Below, piece after piece: positions 1 through 7,919 of a stretch of DNA of 64,000 nucleotides (position 1 is its first letter; every line of letters starts with the position of its first letter). The notes beneath the pieces are model-generated. The model was not told the DNA's origin, searched no databases, and saw only the letters and a list, made by a program, of their open reading frames with translations. Origin of the DNA: Acutalibacteraceae bacterium (GTDB lineage Bacteria > Actinomycetota > Coriobacteriia > Coriobacteriales > QAMH01); assembly GCA_963606965.1 (NCBI GenBank), contig CAVDAL010000051.1, positions 31,487-95,486 on the forward strand. The letters run 5' to 3'. The translations under genes were made by a program, and so were the position numbers.

Positions 1-344
1 TTAAAAATGAAGCAAACCTTCACTTGATTAAACGCTTAAAGCTTGCAGGCTTAAATTTTGAAGAAGATATAAGCGACCAAAAAGAACAAAGTCTTGCAGG
101 GCTTACATTTGTTTTGACAGGTTCATTGCAACAATATAAGCGCACAGAAGCTGAAGATTTGCTAAAAGAATATGGAGCAAAAACTTCATCGAGTGTAAGC
201 AAAAAAACTTCATATGTTGTAGCAGGCCCTGCTGCTGGTTCAAAATTGACAAAGGCATTAAGCTTGGGCATTCCTGTTTTGGATGAAGATGATCTTGTTC
301 AAATTATTCAGACTGGTCATGTTCCTGAAGGTACTAAAGAGTAA
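1..344 (+). CDS. ligA: NAD-dependent DNA ligase LigA, C-terminal BRCT end (5'-truncated by window edge)
   Basis: The reading frame is open from base 3. 'LAGLTFVLTGSL..SKKTSYVVAG..GSKLTKA..LGIPVLDE' is the BRCT tail typical of LigA. Stop TAA at 342-344. Confidence 0.8.
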   Translation, partial: KNEANLHLIKRLKLAGLNFEEDISDQKEQSLAGLTFVLTGSLQQYKRTEAEDLLKEYGAKTSSSVSKKTSYVVAGPAAGSKLTKALSLGIPVLDEDDLVQIIQTGHVPEGTKE

Positions 345-1512
345 CTTCTATTAAGTCTCCAACTTTTGCATTGTTTTCAACTTCAATGCTATGGAAAGAT
401 TCTGTAGTGCCAATGCAAAGTTTGCCGCGCTTTTGTTCAACAACCATTAGCTCTTTTTTGCCCTTGCGTAAAAGCAAATCTTCAGATGCTAGTTTGTCGC
501 CAATGGACGCAAGCTCTTTTGCTCTTGCAGCTTTAATGGTAGGGTCAATTTGATCTGTCCTTGCAGCAGCTGGTGTATTTTCTCTTTTTGAATATCGGAA
601 AATATGCAATTTCATAAATTGTGCTTTTTGAACAAGGCTGCATGTTTGTTTAAAGTCTTCATCGCTTTCCCCAGGAAAGCCAACAATAACATCTGTTGAA
701 ATTGCAATTTCTGGGCATGCTTTTTTTAATTTATTAATCAATTCAAGATATTGCTCTGAATTATATTTGCGCGCCATTTCTTTTAAGACTTTATTTGAGC
801 CCGATTGCAGCGGAATATGAAGATAACGGCATAACCTTCCGTCAGAATTTGCCAGCAAATCTATAAGTTCATCATTAATGCTTTGCGGCTCAATGGAAGA
901 AAGCCTTATGCGTTCGATATTTGTATTATCTAATAGTTGTTGAATTAAAGCAGACAAAGAAGGCTTGTTATATGCACCAAGATCAATTCCTGTAAGGATA
1001 ATTTCTTTTGCGCCTTCATTTATAAACTGCTTTGCTTGAGCTATCACTTCTTCACTTGGAACAGATTGCGCCTTGCCGCGAGCAACATGCACTATGCAGA
1101 ATGTGCATGCATTGTCGCAGCCATCTTGAATTTTAAGATTTCTGCGAGCTCTTTTTTCTGGTTGCAAATTTTGTTTGTTTGCATCTTTTGCTAGTGTTGC
1201 AGCAAGTTTTGCAACTTTTGTTTTGTCTTCTTCACAAATTATTCTATTGTCTATTTCTAGATACTTATCTTTTGCAATATTTACTGCACAGCCTGTCAAA
1301 ATTAAAGGACCGTCAAATTTTTTCAAAAGAGAACGAACTGTCTTTCTGTTTTTGTGTTCAGCTTCACCTGTGACAGTGCAAGAATTAACAATTACCAAAT
1401 CTGCTTCTTGAGCACTTGTAAGGATATTTCCTCTTGCAATTAATTGTGAAGCTATTGCATCTGATTCAGCTTGATTAACTCTGCAACCAAGAGTATGTAT
1501 ATAAAATTTCAT
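334..1512 (-). CDS. mtaB: tRNA methylthiotransferase, MtaB-like (radical SAM MTTase)
   Basis: 392-aa ORF. MTTase N-domain 'FYIHTLGCRVNQAESD', radical-SAM 'GCDNACTFC' and a TRAM-like C-terminus. ATGA start/stop overlap with rsmE. Confidence 0.85.
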   Translation of the reverse strand: MKFYIHTLGCRVNQAESDAIASQLIARGNILTSAQEADLVIVNSCTVTGEAEHKNRKTVRSLLKKFDGPLILTGCAVNIAKDKYLEIDNRIICEEDKTKVAKLAATLAKDANKQNLQPEKRARRNLKIQDGCDNACTFCIVHVARGKAQSVPSEEVIAQAKQFINEGAKEIILTGIDLGAYNKPSLSALIQQLLDNTNIERIRLSSIEPQSINDELIDLLANSDGRLCRYLHIPLQSGSNKVLKEMARKYNSEQYLELINKLKKACPEIAISTDVIVGFPGESDEDFKQTCSLVQKAQFMKLHIFRYSKRENTPAAARTDQIDPTIKAARAKELASIGDKLASEDLLLRKGKKELMVVEQKRGKLCIGTTESFHSIEVENNAKVGDLIEVTL

Positions 1513-2276
1513 GCGCGCCTTCCCAAAGCGCCAAGTTCATGAAGGCATAATGCGCTTGCAACAACTGCTGCTGTTTCTGTACGCAAAATTAAATCGCCCA
1601 AGCTTATAGTCTTCAGTTTATCGCCACATGAATTTATAATTTGTTCGACTTCCGCTTCACTAAATCCGCCTTCAGGACCAATTAACAAAGCGACATTTGT
1701 ATCGATATTGCAACCATTAAGAGCGCCTGTAATATCCATTCCGCTTTTTGACTTTTCTTCCCATGCCAAAATAATGCGATCAAAATCTTGCAGGATTTGT
1801 AACAGTTCTTCAATTTCAAGCGGGTCATCAATCTGCGGCAAAAAGCTCCTTCCGCATTGTTTTGCAGCTGAAAATGCAATACTTCTGAATCTGTCACCTT
1901 TTTTAGAGCGTTCATTTTTTGCAAGGCGGACGATGCAGCGTTCAGATAAAAATGGAATAATTCGTTGCACGCCAATTTCTGTGGTTTGACGAATTGTTTG
2001 CGTCATTCTTTCGCCTTTAGAAATGCCTTGCACCAATGTTAAGCGGGGCATTTTTTCAGAAGGTAGCTCTTGCAGAATTTCACCAGAGATAGAACTTTTT
2101 TCAATGCTTTGAACTGTAAATTCTAAGCTTGTGCCATATGAATCAAAAATTGCAATATGTTCGCCTTCAGAAATTCGCAAAACATGTAAGTGATGCATTT
2201 CTTCTTTAGGTAATTGCAATATTGCACTTCCAGATTTTGGAAGTTTGATTTCAGAATAAAAGCGGGGGAGTGACAC
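1509..2276 (-). CDS. rsmE: 16S rRNA (uracil1498-N3)-methyltransferase RsmE
   Basis: RsmE-like 'LPRFY..' N-terminus and 'LLIGPEGGFS..E' SPOUT motif. The ORF is open to ATG 2297, but AAAGGAG followed by 5 nt precedes the GTG at 2276, so I take the GTG as the start. Confidence 0.85.
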   Translation of the reverse strand: MSLPRFYSEIKLPKSGSAILQLPKEEMHHLHVLRISEGEHIAIFDSYGTSLEFTVQSIEKSSISGEILQELPSEKMPRLTLVQGISKGERMTQTIRQTTEIGVQRIIPFLSERCIVRLAKNERSKKGDRFRSIAFSAAKQCGRSFLPQIDDPLEIEELLQILQDFDRIILAWEEKSKSGMDITGALNGCNIDTNVALLIGPEGGFSEAEVEQIINSCGDKLKTISLGDLILRTETAAVVASALCLHELGALGRRA

Positions 2277-2313
2277 ACAAACTCCTTTTATCGTCATTGT
2301 TGGAATTAAGCTA

Positions 2314-2342
2314 TTGTACCAATTTTATACTTCTGTTATAGT
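2314..2342 (+). promoter_or_regulatory. sigma70-type promoter for tal-rho (TTGTAC-17 nt-TATAGT with TGn extension)
   Basis: Hexamers read directly: TTGTAC at 2314-2319, a 17-nt spacer ending in TGT, and TATAGT at 2337-2342. Confidence 0.5.
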
Positions 2343-2471
2343 GAATGCGCTCGAAAGCGCGAATGCTTTCAGTGTCTTAGCAAGTTCCCACCCTAAACGT
2401 CATATCGTTTGAGTTTGTGACTTACAGGGCGAGACTTATAAATCCGTATCTTTGAAAAGGAAGGACGAATC

Positions 2472-3137
2472 GTGAAGTTTTTTCTCGATACTGCAGACCT
2501 CAAAGAAATTGAGGAGATTGCATCGTGGGGTGCTTTAGCAGGCGTTACCACAAATCCAAGCTTGTATGCAAAAATTGGCGGAAAGCTGGAAGGTTTTCAA
2601 GATCATTTGAAAAAGATTTGCGAATTGTGCGACGGCCCTGTTAGTGGCGAAGTCACAGGCGAATCAAGAGAAGAAATGATTGCTGAAGGACGTGAGCTTG
2701 CTGCTTTGGCTAGCAACATGGTCGTTAAAATTCCAATGACTGTTGAAGGCTTGGCTGCATGTCGTGCTCTTTCAAATGAAGGCATCGACGTTAATATGAC
2801 GCTTATTTTTTCCGTTTCACAAGCTTTGCTTGCTGCTCGTGCTGGTGCACGTTATATCAGTCCTTTTGTTGGTAGATTCGATGATATTGCAGAAGATGGT
2901 TTAAGCCAGCTTGAAGATATTGTTGTTGCAATTCAAAATTATGATTTTGGACATGAAATTGAAATTATTGCTGCTTCAATCAGGTCAGCAAATCATGTTG
3001 CTCAAGCTGCTTTGATGGGCGCTGATATTGCAACAATTCCTTATGCTGCCATGAAAAAGTGTGTTCTTCATCCTTTAACAGATCAAGGTCTTGCAAAGTT
3101 CAAAGCTGACTGGGAGAAAGTTGTATCACATGAGTGA
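2472..3137 (+). CDS. tal: Short-type transaldolase / fructose-6-phosphate aldolase family
   Basis: 221 aa. 'MKFFLDTADLKEI..GVTTNPSL', Schiff-base Lys in 'VVKIP', 'SPFVGR.DD'. GTG start preceded by AAGGAAGGA. Confidence 0.9.
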   Translation: MKFFLDTADLKEIEEIASWGALAGVTTNPSLYAKIGGKLEGFQDHLKKICELCDGPVSGEVTGESREEMIAEGRELAALASNMVVKIPMTVEGLAACRALSNEGIDVNMTLIFSVSQALLAARAGARYISPFVGRFDDIAEDGLSQLEDIVVAIQNYDFGHEIEIIAASIRSANHVAQAALMGADIATIPYAAMKKCVLHPLTDQGLAKFKADWEKVVSHE

Positions 3138-4950
3138 TGAAGCAAGTTCAAATATTGAAGAAGCTTCTGAAGTAAAAGAAGAAGCTGCAAAAAAGCCAGC
3201 TCGCAAGACGGCTGCTAAAAAATCTTCTGCAGAGAAAAAACCTGCTGCAAAAAAGCCAGCAGCTAAGAAGACAGCAACAAAAAAGACTGCTGCAAAAAAG
3301 AAGATAGAAACAGTGGAAGAAGGAACAGCTGAAGAAAAAGCTGTAAATGGTGCAGCTGAAGCTGAAGGGCAAGATAAAGCTCCTGCAAAGAAAACTCCAG
3401 CTAAACGCGGTCGCAAAAAGAAAACTGAGGCAGTTTCAAAAGAAGAAGATTTAGCCAAGGCTGAAGATGCCAAGAAAGAAAAACCAGAAAAGCCTGAAGA
3501 ATCAGAGCAAGAACATGAAGCTTCTTCTGAAGAAGATGCGCCAGATGCTTCAAGTAAAGACAAAGAGCAGGCTGCTGGTGAAGAACAAGAAAGCAGCAAT
3601 GGAGCTCGCCGCCGCATGCGTCGCAGTCGTCGCAGCAATAATAATACAAGGCGCGAGATTGTTCCTTCCGCGACAAGAGATGAACTGGCAAATCTTGCTG
3701 ACGATGAACTTGTTGCAAAAGCTGTGCTTTTAGAAGTTGATCCAACAGAATATGGCGAACGAGATGATCTTGTTTCTGCTGTTTATGATTCATTGCTTCA
3801 AGCTGAAGGCTTTGTCATGGTTGAAGGTATCCTTGACATTTTGCCTGATGGCTATGGTTTCATTCGCACAGGTGGTTACCTTCCAGGGGATCATGATGTT
3901 TATGTTGGAGCAAGCATGGTTCGCCGCAATGGCTTGCGCAAAGGCGACTATATAAACGGACGTGTTCGTCCTCCTCGTGATAACGAAAAATATCCAGCTT
4001 TAAATATGATTGTCTTGCTTAATGGCGAGCCTTTTGAAGGTCCAACTCGCCGCGTTAAGTTTGCAAACCTTACTCCAATTTATCCAGATGAACGCTTGAT
4101 TATGGAACATGGTGCAACTGGGATTACTGCTCGCGCAATAGACTTGGTTGCTCCTATTGGTAAAGGTCAGCGCGGTTTGATTGTGTCTCCGCCAAAAGCT
4201 GGCAAGACAACTGTTTTGAAAGATATTGCAGCTGCTATCAGCGCAAATGACCCAGATGTTCATTTGATGTGCTTGTTGATTGATGAACGTCCTGAAGAAG
4301 TTACAGATATGGAACGCAGCATCGATGGGGAAGTTATTTCTTCAACATTCGACATGCCATGTGAAAATCATATTGCTGTTGCTGAACTTGTTATCGAGCG
4401 CGCAAAACGACTTGTTGAAACAGGACAAGATGTTGTTATTTTGCTTGATTCAATCACGCGTCTTGCTCGTGCTTATAACTTGGGGCAACCTGCTTCTGGC
4501 CGTATTCTTTCTGGTGGTGTTGATTCCACAGCTCTTTATCCACCAAAGCGCTTTTTGGGTGCTGCAAGAAATATTGAAGGCGGCGGCTCATTGACCATTT
4601 TGGGTACTGCTCTTATTGAAACAGGCTCAAAGATGGATGAAGTTATCTTTGAAGAATTTAAAGGCACAGGCAATATGGAACTTAAGCTCGATAGAAGCCT
4701 TGCAGACAGAAGAATATTCCCAGCAATTGACCCAATTGCTTCTGGCACACGCAAAGAAGAGCTTTTGCTTGACCCACAAGAAGCTCCTTTAATTTGGGGC
4801 TTGCGCAGATTGCTTGCTAATATGAATAATCCTGAACGAGCAATGGATATGCTTGTTAAATCATTGAAGCAAACAGATAATAATCGTGAATTTTTGATTA
4901 AATCTGCAAAGAAGGCGCAAAAGAATTCTGCGGTTGCCGAAGCATTTTAA
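3130..4950 (+). CDS. rho: Transcription termination factor Rho with a ~180-aa K/A/E-rich N-terminal extension
   Basis: Core motifs 'ILPDGYGFIR', Walker A 'PPKAGKTT', 'RIFPAID'. ATG 3130 overlaps the tal stop by 8 nt; the ORF-track start at 3091 lies inside tal. Confidence 0.95.
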   Translation: MSDEASSNIEEASEVKEEAAKKPARKTAAKKSSAEKKPAAKKPAAKKTATKKTAAKKKIETVEEGTAEEKAVNGAAEAEGQDKAPAKKTPAKRGRKKKTEAVSKEEDLAKAEDAKKEKPEKPEESEQEHEASSEEDAPDASSKDKEQAAGEEQESSNGARRRMRRSRRSNNNTRREIVPSATRDELANLADDELVAKAVLLEVDPTEYGERDDLVSAVYDSLLQAEGFVMVEGILDILPDGYGFIRTGGYLPGDHDVYVGASMVRRNGLRKGDYINGRVRPPRDNEKYPALNMIVLLNGEPFEGPTRRVKFANLTPIYPDERLIMEHGATGITARAIDLVAPIGKGQRGLIVSPPKAGKTTVLKDIAAAISANDPDVHLMCLLIDERPEEVTDMERSIDGEVISSTFDMPCENHIAVAELVIERAKRLVETGQDVVILLDSITRLARAYNLGQPASGRILSGGVDSTALYPPKRFLGAARNIEGGGSLTILGTALIETGSKMDEVIFEEFKGTGNMELKLDRSLADRRIFPAIDPIASGTRKEELLLDPQEAPLIWGLRRLLANMNNPERAMDMLVKSLKQTDNNREFLIKSAKKAQKNSAVAEAF

Positions 4951-4957
4951 ATTTTTC

Positions 4958-4986
4958 TTGGAAATTTAAAAACTTGCTGGTATTAT
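4958..4986 (+). promoter_or_regulatory. Candidate rpmE promoter (TTGGAA-17 nt-TATTAT, TGg extension)
   Basis: Hexamers read directly in the rho-rpmE spacer. Confidence 0.45.
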
Positions 4987-5043
4987 ATAGCGGTTTGATT
5001 AGCTGCTTTGGTCGGAAACCAAGGCAAGATTTAAGGAGAATTA

Positions 5044-5496
5044 ATGAAAGCTAATATCCATCCAGACTATGTGGAATGCACTGTTCGCTGCTCATGTGGC
5101 AACACTTTCCAAACTCGTTCCACAAAACCAGAGCTCACAGTTGAACTCTGCAACGAATGCCATCCATTCTTCACTGGTCAACAAAAGTTTGTTGATACAG
5201 GCGGACGTGTACAGCGCTTTGCTGATAAATTTGGTTCAGCTGCTGCACAGCTCAAAGAACAAGAAGCAGCAAAGAAGGCTGCAAAGGCTGCTGCTGCTGA
5301 AGAAGCTGCTGCTAAAAAGGCTGCTGAACGTGAAGCTAAAGCTGCTGCTAAAGCTCAACGTGCTGCTGAATATGCTGAAAAGGCTGCAAAAGCAGAAGCT
5401 GAAGCTGCTGAAAAGGCTGAAGAAGAAGCTCCTGCTGCTGAAGAAGCTCCTGAAGCAGAAGCTGAAGAAGCACAAACAGAGCAAGCCGCTGAATAA
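5044..5496 (+). CDS. rpmE: 50S ribosomal protein L31 (Zn-ribbon type) with an ~85-aa Ala/Glu/Lys C-terminal tail
   Basis: 'MKANIHPDY', 'CSCG' and '[10 protein letters not shown]' Zn motifs. TAAGGAG Shine-Dalgarno (SD). The L31 fold ends near aa 65 of 150. Confidence 0.95.
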   Translation: MKANIHPDYVECTVRCSCGNTFQTRSTKPELTVELCNECHPFFTGQQKFVDTGGRVQRFADKFGSAAAQLKEQEAAKKAAKAAAAEEAAAKKAAEREAKAAAKAQRAAEYAEKAAKAEAEAAEKAEEEAPAAEEAPEAEAEEAQTEQAAE

Positions 5497-5524
5497 GCAA
5501 TTAACGCTTTTTATATGTAGCAAG

Positions 5525-5559
5525 AGGCGCTGTCCCGTTTTGGACGGCGCCTTTCTTTT
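5525..5559 (+). terminator. Intrinsic terminator after rpmE
   Basis: 11-bp stem AGGCGCTGTCC/GGACGGCGCCT with a 6-nt loop, followed by TTCTTTT. Confidence 0.75.
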
Positions 5560-5621
5560 AAACTATTGTTGAAAAATAGTAGTCGCTTATTTAAGCGAAA
5601 TCAGACGGAAAGGAATATGCA

Positions 5622-6296
5622 ATGAATGTAGAATTGCTATATCACACTCCAGACCCGCAGCGCGCGGTCGCCACAGCTGCACGCCTTTGTTATGCACCTG
5701 TTGGCGCTTCAGAATTGATGGAAACTCTTTCTGAAGAAAAAATCCAAAAAGTTTTAAAGACAATTTTGACTGGCGGACATTTTTCAACATTAGAACACGC
5801 AAGCTATACATTTGCTATTGAGGGAGTTTCGCGAGCATTGACTCATCAGTTAGTTCGTCACCGCATGGCTTCTTATAATCAGCAATCACAGCGCTATGTC
5901 ACATTTAAGGAAGAACCCGAATTTATTCTTCCTCAATCTGTAGTGGATGCTGGCGCTAAAGAGGAATTTGATAAAGCAGCAACTGCTGCTTTTGAAGCAT
6001 ATGCAAAGCTTGTTGAACTTGGAGTTCCTGCTGAAGATGCACGCTATCTTTTGCCAAATGCTTGCGAAACAAAAATTGTTGTAACAATGAATATGCGTGA
6101 ACTTCATCACTTCTTCAGTGTGCGTTGTTGCAATAGAGCTCAGTGGGAAATTCGTGAACTTGCATGCAAAATGCTTGAACTTGTTCGTCCAACAGCACCT
6201 TATATTTTTAAAACTGCAGGCCCTGGCTGTGCAAAAGGCCATTGCCCAGAAGGCAAGATGAGCTGCGGCGAACCTTGGGAGCATGTCGAACAATAA
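5622..6296 (+). CDS. thyX: Flavin-dependent thymidylate synthase ThyX
   Basis: ThyX signature 'RHRMASYNQQSQRY' (RHR..S....S.R). Confidence 0.95.
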   Translation: MNVELLYHTPDPQRAVATAARLCYAPVGASELMETLSEEKIQKVLKTILTGGHFSTLEHASYTFAIEGVSRALTHQLVRHRMASYNQQSQRYVTFKEEPEFILPQSVVDAGAKEEFDKAATAAFEAYAKLVELGVPAEDARYLLPNACETKIVVTMNMRELHHFFSVRCCNRAQWEIRELACKMLELVRPTAPYIFKTAGPGCAKGHCPEGKMSCGEPWEHVEQ

Positions 6297-7399
6297 TGAG
6301 CGAGTCAAAAAAAGCATTTAATGCAGATACGTCTGCAACCTGCAGGACGCATGTTGGTGGTCAAGCACTTATTGAAGGAATAATGATGCGCGGACGCAAG
6401 AGCTGGGCTGTTGCTGTCCGCGAACCTTCAGGTGAAATTTATACAGAACAGCATGATTTAATCAGCGGTCGCAAGAAGAACTCGTGGCTTTTGTGGCCAA
6501 TTATTCGTGGATGCACCGCTTTTGTCGAATCTTTAGTTTTGGGTTTTAAGGCTTTAAATATTGCTTCTGAACATGCATATGACTGGGACGAAGATGACGA
6601 CGACGTAAAGAAGAATGCTGCAGAAGATGAAATAAAAGATTGCGATCAAGAAGATTATTCAGATGAAAATACGGAATTATCTTCTGAGCAAAAGAGCGAA
6701 AAAACAGCTGATAGCAAAAAAGATGAGGATGAAAAATCTTCTGGTGGCGCTGGCATCGTAATGTTGATTTCTATGATAATTGGCATTGTGCTTGGCGTTG
6801 TAATTTTTGTAGTAGCACCTGCTGCTGTTAGCAATCTTGTTTTGGGCTCAGACCAAATGAATACTGCTGCATGGAATATTTTTGATGGTATTCTGCGCGT
6901 TGTTATTTTCATTGCATATATATGGCTTATTGGCAGAATGAAAGATATAAAGCGCATGTTTTCATATCATGGCGCTGAACATAAAACAATTCACTGTTTT
7001 GAACATGGTCTTGAATTAACACCAAAAAATGCTCAGCAATTTCCAACATTGCATGTGCGCTGCGGTACTGCTTTTTTGATTATGGTAATGATTATTGCCA
7101 TCTTTATTTATACAGTTTTGGGTCATCCAATTAATTCTTTAATTGATTTAACTGGCATTACAGGCGGTCCTTTGCGCTTTTTGCTTGTAATTTTGACGCG
7201 AATTATTTTGCTGCCTATTATCGCTGGCTGTTCTTATGAAGTTACTGTTAAATGGGCTGGTTCTAGGCCTGAAAATAAACTTGTTAGAATAGTATTATGG
7301 CCTGGCATGCAAATGCAAAAATTAACAACGAATCAACCTGACGACGACATGCTTGAATGTGCAATTGTTGCAATGAAGCTAGTTTTGGAGAAGGAATAA
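6296..7399 (+). CDS. DUF1385-family membrane protein (YqhQ-like) with an acidic insertion
   Basis: 'VGGQALIEGIMMRG', 'YHGAEHK', 'HVRCGT'. ATG 6296 shares one base with the thyX stop (TAATG). Confidence 0.8.
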   Translation: MSESKKAFNADTSATCRTHVGGQALIEGIMMRGRKSWAVAVREPSGEIYTEQHDLISGRKKNSWLLWPIIRGCTAFVESLVLGFKALNIASEHAYDWDEDDDDVKKNAAEDEIKDCDQEDYSDENTELSSEQKSEKTADSKKDEDEKSSGGAGIVMLISMIIGIVLGVVIFVVAPAAVSNLVLGSDQMNTAAWNIFDGILRVVIFIAYIWLIGRMKDIKRMFSYHGAEHKTIHCFEHGLELTPKNAQQFPTLHVRCGTAFLIMVMIIAIFIYTVLGHPINSLIDLTGITGGPLRFLLVILTRIILLPIIAGCSYEVTVKWAGSRPENKLVRIVLWPGMQMQKLTTNQPDDDMLECAIVAMKLVLEKE

Positions 7400-7400
7400 T

Positions 7401-7919
7401 TTGGATTCTCCTAATCATATATTCATTATTGGATTCATGGGGGCGGGCAAGACAAGTGTTGCTCGCCGCCTTGCAATGATTACTAGTCTATCTTTAATAG
7501 ACCTTGATCAACGCATTCGAATCTTGCAGCACAGATCTGTAACTGACATATTTCGCCTTCAAGGCGAGCAGGCTTTTCGTGAAGCAGAAACTCATGCTTT
7601 AAAAACTCTTTCCTTCGAACCAAGATCTTTTGTTTCTTGCGGAGGGGGAATAATTGAAACACGCGAAAATTGGGATTTAATGCATGAAAGCGGCACAGTC
7701 TTATATTTAGATGTTGACTTTGATGAAGCTGTTGGAAGGATTTCACATCCAAAGACGCGACCTCTTCTTGCAGATTTAGATAATGCACGTGAAATTTATA
7801 ATAAGCGCAGGCCTTTATATTCAGATTGTGCAGATATAACTGTTAAGACAAAGGGCTCAAGTGTGATAAATATTGCCCAAGAATGTAAAAAAGTGCTTAT
7901 AGAAAGAGAGATTTTATGA
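7401..7919 (+). CDS. aroK: Shikimate kinase
   Basis: P-loop 'GFMGAGKTS', 'DLD', 'GE..FR..E', 'GGG', 'RPLL'. TTG start 5 nt after GGAGAAGGA. Confidence 0.85.
   Translation: MDSPNHIFIIGFMGAGKTSVARRLAMITSLSLIDLDQRIRILQHRSVTDIFRLQGEQAFREAETHALKTLSFEPRSFVSCGGGIIETRENWDLMHESGTVLYLDVDFDEAVGRISHPKTRPLLADLDNAREIYNKRRPLYSDCADITVKTKGSSVINIAQECKKVLIEREIL

Noticed and set aside
3200-3320. Tandem short repeats (PAAKK-coding) considered as a possible CRISPR or other repeat array
   Set aside because: The repeats are in-frame coding repeats of 12-15 nt with no spacer/repeat architecture. No cas genes are present anywhere in the window.
3126-3638. 170-aa minus-strand ORF (plus several other-frame ORFs at 3148-3793) across the rho 5' region
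   Set aside because: It lies entirely within the AAG/GCT-repeat DNA encoding the Rho K/A/E extension. The translation is low-complexity (S/A/F-rich), and stop-free alternative frames are expected in such repeats. The Rho frame continues into conserved core motifs.
5069-5572. 167-aa plus-strand and 95-aa minus-strand ORFs over the rpmE tail
   Set aside because: These are the same low-complexity artefact. The L31 frame has the SD, the Zn-ribbon motifs and a terminator right after its stop.
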